64,000 nucleotides of DNA from Candidatus Uhrbacteria bacterium. GTDB lineage: Bacteria; Patescibacteriota; Patescibacteriia; SG8-24. The position numbers and the translations under genes are program-made. The stretch is taken from NCBI GenBank assembly GCA_016929435.1, contig JAFGIV010000005.1:23596-87595 (forward strand), read 5' to 3'. Positions 38,769 to 47,537 of this stretch are shown here, in pieces (the first letter of the stretch is position 1; every line of letters begins with the position of its first letter). The notes beneath the pieces were generated by a model, which was not told the origin of the DNA, did no database searches, and worked only from the letters and a program-made list of their open reading frames with translations.

Positions 38769-38814
38769 TTCCGTCAGCTCGCATCGTTTCGGTGTGGGTT
38801 GGCGGGACTTTTTT
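38769..38814 (+). terminator. Long hairpin plus T tract just after the putative variable region
   Basis: TTCCGTCAGCTCGCATCG-TTT-CGGTGTGGGTTGGCGGGA with many G-U pairs, followed by CTTTTTT. Confidence 0.65.
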
Positions 38815-38945
38815 ATATTCGGGCCTCTTTAGGCACGGTGACGCTAAAATAACCTGCGGGAAGAGATTGGAATATCCATTGGCTGTCCGGTGAGGGATAG
38901 CCGAACCGTATTTTAAGCGTTTGTTTGCTATAATCAAACAGCCTT

Positions 38946-40223
38946 ATGACCCCAATCGGAATAGCAACATTGGCCATCCCCACCCTCGGCTTCCTGGCCT
39001 TGGGCTATTACCGGCGCAGTTGGGCCATAGCCGTTTTCTGCGCCCTGCTGCCGGTCTATCTGATCCGCCTCAAGCTCGGTTTTCCTGGCTTGCCGGAGAT
39101 CCCCTCGACTTTTCTGGAGGTCCTGTTTGCGGCGATTTTTGTCCCGTGGTTTTTTGGCCGGGGGTTGAGGCCGGAATCGTGGGCCGGACTGCGCCGTTGG
39201 GCCATCCCCATCACCCTGATCCTGACCGGCTCGGCGATCGGAATCCTGGTTTCCCCGGATCGCCTCGGCGGTTTGGGCCTGTGGCGGGCGTATTTTTTGG
39301 AGCCCATCCTCTTTTTCGCCGTTTTTACCGATACCGTCCGCGTTTCCAAAGACCGGGCGGCCGTTTTGGCGGGGATGGCCGTCAGTCTGGCCGCCATTGC
39401 CCTGACCGCCGTTTTCCAGAAGTTCACCGGCTACGGCATCCCTGATCCGTGGTGGACGGCATCGGTCCGGCGGGTCACCTCCTTCTACGGGTTCCCGAAC
39501 GCCATCGGACTGTACCTGGCGCCGATCGTCGTCTTGGTGTCCGCCTGGGCCGCCGACCTGTTTTTCCGTCCCGGCGGCCGCCGTCGGCCGTGGCCGTACC
39601 TGCTGGCCGTCGTCGCTGTCCTGGGTTTCTTGGCCTGCCTGTTTGCGGTCTCTAAAGGCGCCCTGATCGGTATGGCCGTGGCTTTGGCCGTTTATGGGCT
39701 GTCGGTCAGGAGACTCCGACCGCTGGCCCTCACGGCCGTCATCGCCGTCTGTCTGGCCGTCAGCCTATACCGCCCGCTCACCAGCCTGGCCGGAAACATC
39801 TTCGCCGGCCGCGACGCCTCCAGTTCGGTCCGGCTGGTCATCTGGAACGAGACCCTGAACATGCTGTCCGACCGGCCGATATTCGGGGGCGGCCTGTCCG
39901 GCTATCGCCAGTCGGTCGAACCGTATCACCGGGCCGGACACATCGAGCTTTTCATGTATCCGCACAGCCTGCCGCTCAATCTCTGGACCGAAATCGGCCT
40001 GATCGGGCTGGTCGGGTTCGTTTGGCTGTTAGTCCTGTTTTTCGTCCGCAACATCAGGGTCGCCCGGAGAGGCCGATCCTGGTTGCCGACGGCCCTGCTG
40101 TCCGCCATGGTCTGCATCCTTATTCACGGTCTGGTGGATGTCCCGTACTTGAAGAACGACCTGGCCTTTCAGTTCTGGATCCTCGTCGGTTTGGCGGAGA
40201 GTCTGACGGTGTATGAAATATGA
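38946..40223 (+). CDS. O-antigen ligase (Wzy_C) family membrane protein
   Basis: R..S.YG.PN..G, SKGA, S..VR..IW, PIFGGG, YPHS..L....E.G..G and IHGLVD motifs. Confidence 0.88.
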   Translation: MTPIGIATLAIPTLGFLALGYYRRSWAIAVFCALLPVYLIRLKLGFPGLPEIPSTFLEVLFAAIFVPWFFGRGLRPESWAGLRRWAIPITLILTGSAIGILVSPDRLGGLGLWRAYFLEPILFFAVFTDTVRVSKDRAAVLAGMAVSLAAIALTAVFQKFTGYGIPDPWWTASVRRVTSFYGFPNAIGLYLAPIVVLVSAWAADLFFRPGGRRRPWPYLLAVVAVLGFLACLFAVSKGALIGMAVALAVYGLSVRRLRPLALTAVIAVCLAVSLYRPLTSLAGNIFAGRDASSSVRLVIWNETLNMLSDRPIFGGGLSGYRQSVEPYHRAGHIELFMYPHSLPLNLWTEIGLIGLVGFVWLLVLFFVRNIRVARRGRSWLPTALLSAMVCILIHGLVDVPYLKNDLAFQFWILVGLAESLTVYEI

Positions 40224-40786
40224 AAAAAGAAGTTGAGATCCTCTGCCGCTTGGGCGGAACGAAAAGGACGGCCCTGCGGAAACTGTCCGCCCTGGAGCCG
40301 GTGGGCACCAAGCGGACGGTCGATACCTACTATTTTGACCCCAAGCGCCCGGCCCTCCGGCCCAAGAAAGGCCGGCTGACGGAATGTTTCCGCTTGCGCC
40401 GGCAGGGGGACGGGTGCCGTCTGGCCTACAAGGTGGACCATTTCCGCCGGGGGGAGTGGATGTATTCCGACGAGCACGAGACGGCCGTGGCCGAAGCCGA
40501 TGTGATGGAGGCCATTGTCTGCCGTTTGGGGCTGAAGCCGCTTGTTGTGGTGGACATGGTCAAGCACCTGTTCCGTTCCCCGGAATACGAGGTGGCGGTG
40601 GAGGAGGTTCGCAGTTTGGGCCTTTTCATCGAAGTCGAGAGCCGGAGGGCGGTGACGGAGGGGGAAGTGGCGGCCGAACGCCGCCGGATACGCGCCTTCC
40701 TTTCCGGTTTGGGTCTGGCCGTGGGGGAGGAGATGAACTCCGGCAAGCCGGAGCTGCTGCTGGCCCAAAAGCCGGGGAAGGGGTAG
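40220..40786 (+). CDS. CYTH-domain protein (class IV adenylate cyclase-like)
   Basis: EVE, DTYY, RLR, L.YK, E.ET and V..LG.FIEVE motifs. Confidence 0.8.
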   Translation: MKKEVEILCRLGGTKRTALRKLSALEPVGTKRTVDTYYFDPKRPALRPKKGRLTECFRLRRQGDGCRLAYKVDHFRRGEWMYSDEHETAVAEADVMEAIVCRLGLKPLVVVDMVKHLFRSPEYEVAVEEVRSLGLFIEVESRRAVTEGEVAAERRRIRAFLSGLGLAVGEEMNSGKPELLLAQKPGKG

Positions 40787-40842
40787 TTTTGCGGGCTGAA
40801 CCGGGCATGTTCCCGTTTCCCCCGGTCTGGACGATTGGAATT

Positions 40843-40953
40843 GGCCGTGATAGTTTGTTGTAGTCGGTGCGGATCGGCGGTGAAAGTCCCCGTGTGCGCC
40901 TACGCCTATGGCATTACGGACACGGTGAGGGGGGATTTTAGCAATAAAACAAA
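40843..40953 (+). repeat. Structured motif, copy 1 (upstream of tRNA-Ser)
   Basis: Imperfect direct repeat of 46183-46292. Confidence 0.8.
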
Positions 40954-40978
40954 AACGAGATAGGTTTTAGGTTTTCAC

Positions 40979-41068
40979 GGAGGGGTGCCTGAGAGGTCGA
41001 AAGGGACGCACTCGAAATGCGTTGTCCGGGCAACTGGACCGTGGGTTCGAATCCCACCCCCTCCGCCA
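40979..41068 (+). tRNA. tRNA-Ser(CGA)
   Basis: GGAGGGG acceptor, ACGCA-CTCGAAA-TGCGT anticodon arm, long variable arm, GTTCGAATC and GCCA end. Confidence 0.95.
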
Positions 41069-41305
41069 GATTTTCATAAATGAGGGGAAGGATCGATCCG
41101 AAAACGGTCATCTATCCGGACGGTTGGGGCGGCCACGGCGGTCTTGTGGAGACGTAGGTTATCACGGACATTTCCGATGTGTTACCATAAAACCGTAAAG
41201 GTTGTCGCATTTAAGTTATTTTGCCCTCGGTATTCAGCGTCTTGAATTGCTTGAAATGCGGCTTGGGAGAATCTCAAACGAAGGTATCGGTAAACCAGCA
41301 AAAAT

Positions 41306-43264
41306 ATGAGAAGAATGGGGCGGGTAAAAGGGTTTAAGAAATTTTTTGCGCTCAGAAAAAATACTCTCGAGAAAGGCCGGTGGTTTTATGGGCCACGGAC
41401 GAGGCGCACCCGTGTTGAAGTTCCGCGGTCGCAAAGGCTGTTTTCCGGCGCCCTAAGGGGCGGACTCACTGTTTTTATCTCTGTTTTGATAGTTTGCGGG
41501 GTTGCTTATGCCGGCACCATAACTCCGCCGAGCGGAACACCCTCGGCCCAATTCTACACTCTTTCGGAAATCTACAACTTTATAACCGACAATACCGCCG
41601 CAACCGAGGGTGACCATGATTTCACCTTTTCAGACGGCCTAGCCGGCACAGGCCGCACCCTAACCGAAATTTACGGCGCCTTGGCCGGTTTGATTTCCGC
41701 CGATCAGGTCAAAAAAGACAGGACTTATCTCGGGGTAACGGGCACCTTAACTCCCGATGGCGGCACGGCCGTTGTCGCCGACCTGTTCAACGGCAAGACC
41801 GCCAACCTGACGGGCGATTGGAATCTGGACGGGGGGACCCTTAGTCTTGCCTGCGATACCGCAACCTTTGATGGTGCGGGAAATTTAGTTTCCGATACCC
41901 ATGACGGAGACGGAGACGGAACGAATAGGTGGTGCATAACGGATACTGATGACGTAACGGCCGCTGATGTGCTATCCGGCAAAATGGCGTGGATTAACGG
42001 CGCTGCCGCAACAGGCACCATGGCCAATAACGGCGCGTTCGCCCTAACCGCCAGCTCAACGGATCAGGAAATCGCCGCCGGCTATTGGGACGCGGGCACT
42101 TTGGCGGGAGACGCGGATTTGGTGGCGGGAAACGTCAGAAACGGCGTCAGCATATTCGGGGTAGTCGGCAACATGGTTGCGGGCTACCTTTTTGGGGACG
42201 GCGATGCTTCGAAAGTGCTTACTTCCGCTGCGGGCAATGACGGGGACAGCTCCTATTTGGCCGACAACCTGACGGCATCAACGGTTAAGAAGGGCGTTGG
42301 TTTCGGGGTGGGTCCGCTTACGGGGCTGTTTTTCGGCGACACCGACGCTTCCAGGGTTTTGACCACCGCGGATGGCGGCGGTGCGGCAAAGGGAACCTAT
42401 GACGCGTCAAATTTGTCGCCGACAACGGTTAGAAAAGGGACGGCTTTCGGGGTTTCCTCAACCGGCGCGTATTCTGGCTATCCGGGGTCTGGATGGGCAG
42501 GGTCAGGCGGTTCGACGGGCGCCTATTCGTGTGAATATTGGGACGATGACGGTAACCCGGGAACGCCTGATGTCGCCACGGGATGGTATTGGTTTGAGGA
42601 CGGTAACGGCGACGGTGACGATGCCGATCCGGATGATCCGGAGGACGGTCTTTGTGTCCAGGCCGCATCACGCGCCGCCGGCTTGTCGTGGAACGGCTAC
42701 GATTACGAAACCAATTACGATGCCACCTACATTGCGGGCTATACGTGTTTCGGCAGCTTCCCCAACGGCACGGTCAGTTCGTATAACGGCCTTGACTCCA
42801 CCGGCGCGCTCGATACGACATGGAATGACGGGGATTGCGCGTTGTGCCAAGCCGATTGTTATGATGGGGTAAAGGACTTGCCCGACCAAGGGTCATACAC
42901 GTGCGAGGGCGGGTGTGTTGCCGGGGCCGACGGCTATAACGGGCCCCTAACGCCGGGGGCTTTGGGCAATTGGAAGGGAACCAGATTGCCGAGTTCCGCC
43001 GAATTTTTCGGATTCTGTAGCACTGGCGGGACTAATTCGGGGGTAGGCGAATACGAGACGGGCTGCTCATCCGATGTTACGGGCGGCACCTATGGCGTAC
43101 AGGTCGGCAGAACGGGTGAATGCATAGACCCCATTGGCTGGGAATGGCTTTCGGAGCAGCACTCCACCACCTCTGCGCGGGTAGCCGGCAGTTACGCCTG
43201 TTCCAACTTCAGTTACGGTTATGTCTACTTTGGCTTCAGGTTCCGTGCCGTCTTCCGCCCGTAG
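41306..43264 (+). CDS. Exported Gly/Asp/Cys-rich fibre- or adhesin-like protein with a C-terminal CLec-like domain and DGR variable-region-like tail
   Basis: Signal/TM segment ending VAYA, tail-fibre-like repeats (L...N(V/T)..GV..FGV), then RLPS..E, WEWL and ...FRFRAVFRP. Start codon uncertain. Confidence 0.75.
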   Translation: MRRMGRVKGFKKFFALRKNTLEKGRWFYGPRTRRTRVEVPRSQRLFSGALRGGLTVFISVLIVCGVAYAGTITPPSGTPSAQFYTLSEIYNFITDNTAATEGDHDFTFSDGLAGTGRTLTEIYGALAGLISADQVKKDRTYLGVTGTLTPDGGTAVVADLFNGKTANLTGDWNLDGGTLSLACDTATFDGAGNLVSDTHDGDGDGTNRWCITDTDDVTAADVLSGKMAWINGAAATGTMANNGAFALTASSTDQEIAAGYWDAGTLAGDADLVAGNVRNGVSIFGVVGNMVAGYLFGDGDASKVLTSAAGNDGDSSYLADNLTASTVKKGVGFGVGPLTGLFFGDTDASRVLTTADGGGAAKGTYDASNLSPTTVRKGTAFGVSSTGAYSGYPGSGWAGSGGSTGAYSCEYWDDDGNPGTPDVATGWYWFEDGNGDGDDADPDDPEDGLCVQAASRAAGLSWNGYDYETNYDATYIAGYTCFGSFPNGTVSSYNGLDSTGALDTTWNDGDCALCQADCYDGVKDLPDQGSYTCEGGCVAGADGYNGPLTPGALGNWKGTRLPSSAEFFGFCSTGGTNSGVGEYETGCSSDVTGGTYGVQVGRTGECIDPIGWEWLSEQHSTTSARVAGSYACSNFSYGYVYFGFRFRAVFRP

Positions 43265-43518
43265 TGATTTCCCGTCTTGACGATTTGGCAATTGGATTGA
43301 TTTGAATATTTGAACCTCGAAATTCATTTGTAAACCTTTCGTCGTCAAAGACGGCAAAGGGGCCATCGAAAACCGTGTCGCAGGCTCGGGACGTGTCGCC
43401 CGGATCGAGTGCCTTCGGGACTTTCTGGCTGAAATGCCACAGTTTGCTTTTGGGTTTTTTCACGGGGTTGCGGCCTATCGCCAAATGGTTATGTGGTATG
43501 ATTATTCCGTAGGCACTT

Positions 43519-45783
43519 ATGGGCAGGGAAATTCCGAATAGAAATTTATTTTTTGCCTTGTTTTTAACGCTTCTCATAGGCGGGTCTTTTTCGCTTTTCG
43601 GTAAATCCGCCCTGGCCTCGTCCACCGACGGCACTGTTGATGGGAGTTTCAAATACGCTTGGGGAGAGAACGTCGGATGGATTAATTTCGGCTGCGATAA
43701 CTGCAGTGTCCACGTTACGGACTCCGCTCTTTCCGGCCATGCTTTGGGCGAAACCGTCGGTTGGATAAATCTGGAAGACGTGGTGAACGACGGCCAGGGC
43801 AGCCTGTCAGGCTACGCTTGGGGAGAGAACGTCGGTTACATAAAATTCAATCCGGCCGGCGGCGGGGTAAACATTGACCCTTCCGGTGAATTTACCGGAT
43901 CGGCTTTGGGGGAAAACGTCGGCTGGGTGGTTTTTGGCGGGGATTACGGGGTCAAGACCGATTGGCGGCCGCAGGGCGCAAGGCCTGCCTGCAACAACTC
44001 CTTGGATGATGACGGCGACGGCAAGATCGATTACCCGGCAGACCCGGGATGTTCTTCCTTGGACGATACGGATGAGACGGATCCCGTTTTTGGCGGAGGC
44101 GGAGGCGGAGGCGGAGGCGGTGGAGGCGGAGGAGGCGGGGGTTTGCCGCCAGAGGCGTACAATCCGCCGACAGCGCCCGAAGGCGGGTTTGGGATTTTAA
44201 TAAACGACAACGCTGCGGAGACCGATTCCCGGAGGGTTACCCTGACCCTAATGGGCGGATCGGATACCAAGACGGTTTGGATTTCCGAAAAATTTCAATT
44301 TCCGGAAGGTTTCCAGGTTTCCTACGATTCTTCCTTGCCGCAAGTCCCGGTTTCTTTTGACCTGTCCTCGGGCGAAGGCACAAAAATCGTTTACGCCAAG
44401 TTCTGCACTCAGTGGGGCCGGTGTTCCGATGTTGTTTTTGACGGCATAATAAGGGTCGGGGAAACGGTGGTTGAAAAGATAGTGGAAGTCCCGAAAAAAA
44501 TCGTTGAGGAAATCAGGAAGGTCCCGGGAGTTATCGCCCCGCTAATTCCCGATTTTTCGAAGCCCAAGCCACCCGAAGTGCCGGATGGGAAATCGGCGCT
44601 CAGGGAAGCCCCCCCGGTCTTTCGGGGCAAATGGCGGCTTCTGCCCTCTGACCCGATCAGGGAGTTTGTCTTGGCTCCCCTGCCCAAAGGAATCAGGAAC
44701 CTGGCCAGAAAATTTCCGGAACTCGAGATAACCCTTAGGGAAGTCGGCGTCAGCAGAATTACGGATGTCGCCAAACTAAAATCCGTAAAACTGACCCTGC
44801 CCGGGATGACGGAAAGAGTCGGATTGCCGACGGCAAGGATTGAACCCGGCAAGTTTGCCCCGCCCCAAGGCGTTCCCGTAGCCAGGCTTTCTCCGGCGGC
44901 TAAACAGCAATTGCCGACGGAAATCGTCTTTGCCAAAACCGGCGGCGAATTAGTTGATTTCAGCATTGCCCTGACGGTTAACGATAGGGGCGAACCGCAG
45001 CAGAGAATTTCCACGATTTCCGGCAAGCCCCTGCAATTGGCGGTGAAACCCGACAGTCCGGTCAGGGGCGTCAGGGGTTACGTGGTGTTCAGGTCCAGGG
45101 CCAGCCAAGCCGCATCCGTTGATGTCCCGCTCGGTTCCTTGTTGGCATCGGTGGTTTTTGCCAACCCGGCTTTTGCCAAGACGCAGGACCAGCCCGTCAG
45201 GGTTGAGGAAAAGCTGGTTTTGCTGGAGTTCGAGTATGCCGATCCAGACGGCGACGGAATCTATACCGCGGAGATTGACGCGCCGTTGGTTGCGGGCGAA
45301 TACGAGATCATCACGGTCATGGATTTCGATGATTCGGGGCTCGGGAAAAAGGAAATCCGTTTGACCGTTGTGGTCGATCCCGAAGGGTACGTTTATGAGC
45401 GGGACGGCGACAGGGAAACCCGCATCCCGGGAGCCGTTGTCTCCATTTATTGGCTGAATCCCGAAACGAAACAATATGAGATGTGGCCGGCAGGGGAATA
45501 CCAGCAGGAAAATCCGCAGACCACCGATGTCAGGGGCACCTACTCGTTTTTGGTGCCAGAGGGCCACTATTACCTTAAGGCCGAGACTCCGGGTTATCTT
45601 GCCTACGACGGCAGGCCGTTTGAGGTCAGGGAAGGCTCCGGCGTCCACATCAATATTGAAATCAAGACTAAATACCGGTGGCTGAAGATCGTCGATTGGA
45701 GAACGATTTTACTGGCCATCGTAATAATTCTGCTGCTCTATAACTTTTATCGTGATAAAGCCAGAGAGCGGTCGGTGAGGTAA
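43519..45783 (+). CDS. Large surface protein with YAWGENVGWI repeats, an acidic Ca-binding-like motif, a poly-Gly linker, a carboxypeptidase-regulatory-like domain and a C-terminal TM anchor
   Basis: Signal peptide, four (W/L)GE(N/T)VG(W/Y) repeats, CNNSLDDDGDGKIDYPADPGC and ENPQTTD..G.YSFLVP.G.YYL. Confidence 0.8.
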   Translation: MGREIPNRNLFFALFLTLLIGGSFSLFGKSALASSTDGTVDGSFKYAWGENVGWINFGCDNCSVHVTDSALSGHALGETVGWINLEDVVNDGQGSLSGYAWGENVGYIKFNPAGGGVNIDPSGEFTGSALGENVGWVVFGGDYGVKTDWRPQGARPACNNSLDDDGDGKIDYPADPGCSSLDDTDETDPVFGGGGGGGGGGGGGGGGGLPPEAYNPPTAPEGGFGILINDNAAETDSRRVTLTLMGGSDTKTVWISEKFQFPEGFQVSYDSSLPQVPVSFDLSSGEGTKIVYAKFCTQWGRCSDVVFDGIIRVGETVVEKIVEVPKKIVEEIRKVPGVIAPLIPDFSKPKPPEVPDGKSALREAPPVFRGKWRLLPSDPIREFVLAPLPKGIRNLARKFPELEITLREVGVSRITDVAKLKSVKLTLPGMTERVGLPTARIEPGKFAPPQGVPVARLSPAAKQQLPTEIVFAKTGGELVDFSIALTVNDRGEPQQRISTISGKPLQLAVKPDSPVRGVRGYVVFRSRASQAASVDVPLGSLLASVVFANPAFAKTQDQPVRVEEKLVLLEFEYADPDGDGIYTAEIDAPLVAGEYEIITVMDFDDSGLGKKEIRLTVVVDPEGYVYERDGDRETRIPGAVVSIYWLNPETKQYEMWPAGEYQQENPQTTDVRGTYSFLVPEGHYYLKAETPGYLAYDGRPFEVREGSGVHINIEIKTKYRWLKIVDWRTILLAIVIILLLYNFYRDKARERSVR
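44092..44142 (+). repeat. GGCGGA-based simple repeat encoding Gly17
   Basis: Read directly from the sequence. Confidence 0.85.
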
Positions 45784-45791
45784 GGAAATCT

Positions 45792-46154
45792 ATGAATAAA
45801 CCAAAAACAACCCCGGTCCTTGTCGCGGTTCTGCTCGTCGGCACCGTCTTTTTGGGCGTCAGGTACTTTTCCGTCGCCAAGGAGCTTCGTCAGACCCGAA
45901 GCGCACTGCAGACCCAAACGGTTAACGAAAAAGTTCTGGAGTTCACCAAATTCTTCATTGGCGAGGTTTTGAGGGCGGACGGTGAAATTGATTTTGACAC
46001 AAGGTTGAAACTGGAGATTGCCGTCGGAAATCTGGATGATGGGGAAATTTTGAGCCAATGGAAGAGGTTTGTTGGCTCAGAGACCGAAGCCGAAGCGCAG
46101 GAAGAAGTCAAAAATCTCCTGGAATTGCTGGTGGGCAAGGTGAAGGTCAGGTAA
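45792..46154 (+). CDS. Hypothetical membrane-anchored protein
   Basis: AAGGA RBS and N-terminal TM, directly downstream of the surface-protein gene. Confidence 0.7.
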   Translation: MNKPKTTPVLVAVLLVGTVFLGVRYFSVAKELRQTRSALQTQTVNEKVLEFTKFFIGEVLRADGEIDFDTRLKLEIAVGNLDDGEILSQWKRFVGSETEAEAQEEVKNLLELLVGKVKVR

Positions 46155-46182
46155 AAAACCGTGTGTAACGGGAAACAAAACC

Positions 46183-46292
46183 GGCCGTGATGGTTTGTTG
46201 CGGTCGGTGCGGACGTGCGGCAAGAGTCCCCGTGTGCGCCTATGCAAGGGCATGGCGGACACGGTGAGGGGGAATTTTAGCAATAAAACAAA
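46183..46292 (+). repeat. Structured motif, copy 2 (followed by a hairpin and terminator)
   Basis: Imperfect direct repeat of 40843-40953. A terminator (GACCGTCC-GGAG-GGGCGGTT-TTTT) lies at about 46318-46341. Confidence 0.8.
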
Positions 46293-46409
46293 TAAGGGTT
46301 TGTCGAGACAAACGCAAGACCGTCCGGAGGGGCGGTTTTTTGATGAAATTGACTATCTTGTGCTTATGCTGTACTGTAGCCTGTCACAGTCTGGTATACT
46401 AAACATAAT

Positions 46410-46949
46410 ATGGGTCAACCAGATAAGCTCCGAAATTTAATCCTATATATCCTGTCCCACCAGGATTATCAGGAGGGCGGCGTAAAGAAGCTGAACAAGC
46501 TGCTTTATTTTATTGATTTTTATTTTTATCGCGATCATGAGCGGTTAATTTCTGATGCAAAATACGCCAAGGCCCCAATGGGGCCAGTCATTGATTCTTA
46601 TCAGGAGGTATTTGCCAAACTTGTTGCGGACGGAGACTTGAGGCTGATTGAAGATGTCAGCACGAAGGTATACAAGCCACTTCGTCAGGCTGAGGTAGGG
46701 ATGTTTACTTCCGAGCAGGTCGATCACATATCCAAGGTGCTTGATCGATACGGAAAATTGTCGGGACGCGATCTCGAGTGGATCTCCCACCAGCAGCAGC
46801 CGTGGGTTCTGACCGAGAATTTTGGCGACATCATTGATCCCGACCTTGCCTTGTTGATTGATGATGAGGTGAGCGATTCCGACACCAGTTTTATAGAAAA
46901 CGAGAATCTTAGGAACGAGCTGCAAAATCTCGCCAACCAGGCCGATTAG
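46410..46949 (+). CDS. Panacea/DUF4065 (SocA-like) antitoxin
   Basis: KLNKLLYFIDF, Y.KAPMGPV and L..YG.LSG..L..ISH..QPW motifs. Confidence 0.85.
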   Translation: MGQPDKLRNLILYILSHQDYQEGGVKKLNKLLYFIDFYFYRDHERLISDAKYAKAPMGPVIDSYQEVFAKLVADGDLRLIEDVSTKVYKPLRQAEVGMFTSEQVDHISKVLDRYGKLSGRDLEWISHQQQPWVLTENFGDIIDPDLALLIDDEVSDSDTSFIENENLRNELQNLANQAD

Positions 46950-46962
46950 GGAGAGGCTTGCT

Positions 46963-47304
46963 ATGGGAGAAATCGTAATCGAGGTAATTGAGTCGTTGGA
47001 TAGACAGGTCAACGACCTTTCCTCGTCGGATTCAAAAATCAGGAAGCTGTTCAATAAACAGCGGCGGTTCATGTCACTGAACCCGCATTACTCATCGTTA
47101 GGAAGGAAGAAATTGCAGAACGTATTTGATCAGTACGGGAACCAATTGGAGGAAATCAGGCTAAACAGGTACTGGCGGATCGTATTTATCGTCAGGGATG
47201 AGGGGCAGAGGGTGGTTTGGTTGAAGCTTTGCGATCACGATGAAATTGCAAGAAACAACCGACTGTTCATTGATGGCCATCCGGAAGGGCCGCCGGCCAT
47301 TTGA
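46963..47304 (+). CDS. Putative RelE/ParE-superfamily toxin
   Basis: NP.Y.SL..KKL, EIRLN..WRIVF and HD pattern in a 113-aa protein directly after the antitoxin. Confidence 0.6.
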   Translation: MGEIVIEVIESLDRQVNDLSSSDSKIRKLFNKQRRFMSLNPHYSSLGRKKLQNVFDQYGNQLEEIRLNRYWRIVFIVRDEGQRVVWLKLCDHDEIARNNRLFIDGHPEGPPAI

Positions 47305-47325
47305 TTAATTTGAGTGGGGAAGCCC

Positions 47326-47361
47326 CCGGACAAAACCGCCCTTCCGGGCGGTTTTGTCCGG
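47326..47361. terminator. Perfect inverted repeat / bidirectional terminator
   Basis: CCGGACAAAACCGCCC-TTCC-GGGCGGTTTTGTCCGG. Confidence 0.6.
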
Positions 47362-47537
47362 AACCCGTTGGATTATTTGACCCCTTTTTTCAAACCCAAA
47401 AGGGGCTTTTTGGGGAGAGAGCCGGGTCTCCCGAATCTTGACCTATTCGGACAGGAATGCTAAGGTGAGTCCGTTGCGGGCGATGGTGCCCATAAACGGC
47501 ATTCTTTAAAAATTTTAGAACGGAGGAAAAGAGTAAA

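Noticed and set aside
40860-40945. HDV-like (theta) ribozyme assignment for the duplicated motif
   Set aside because: The P3/L3 and P1.1 elements could not be placed, and the motif is 5' rather than 3' of the tRNA
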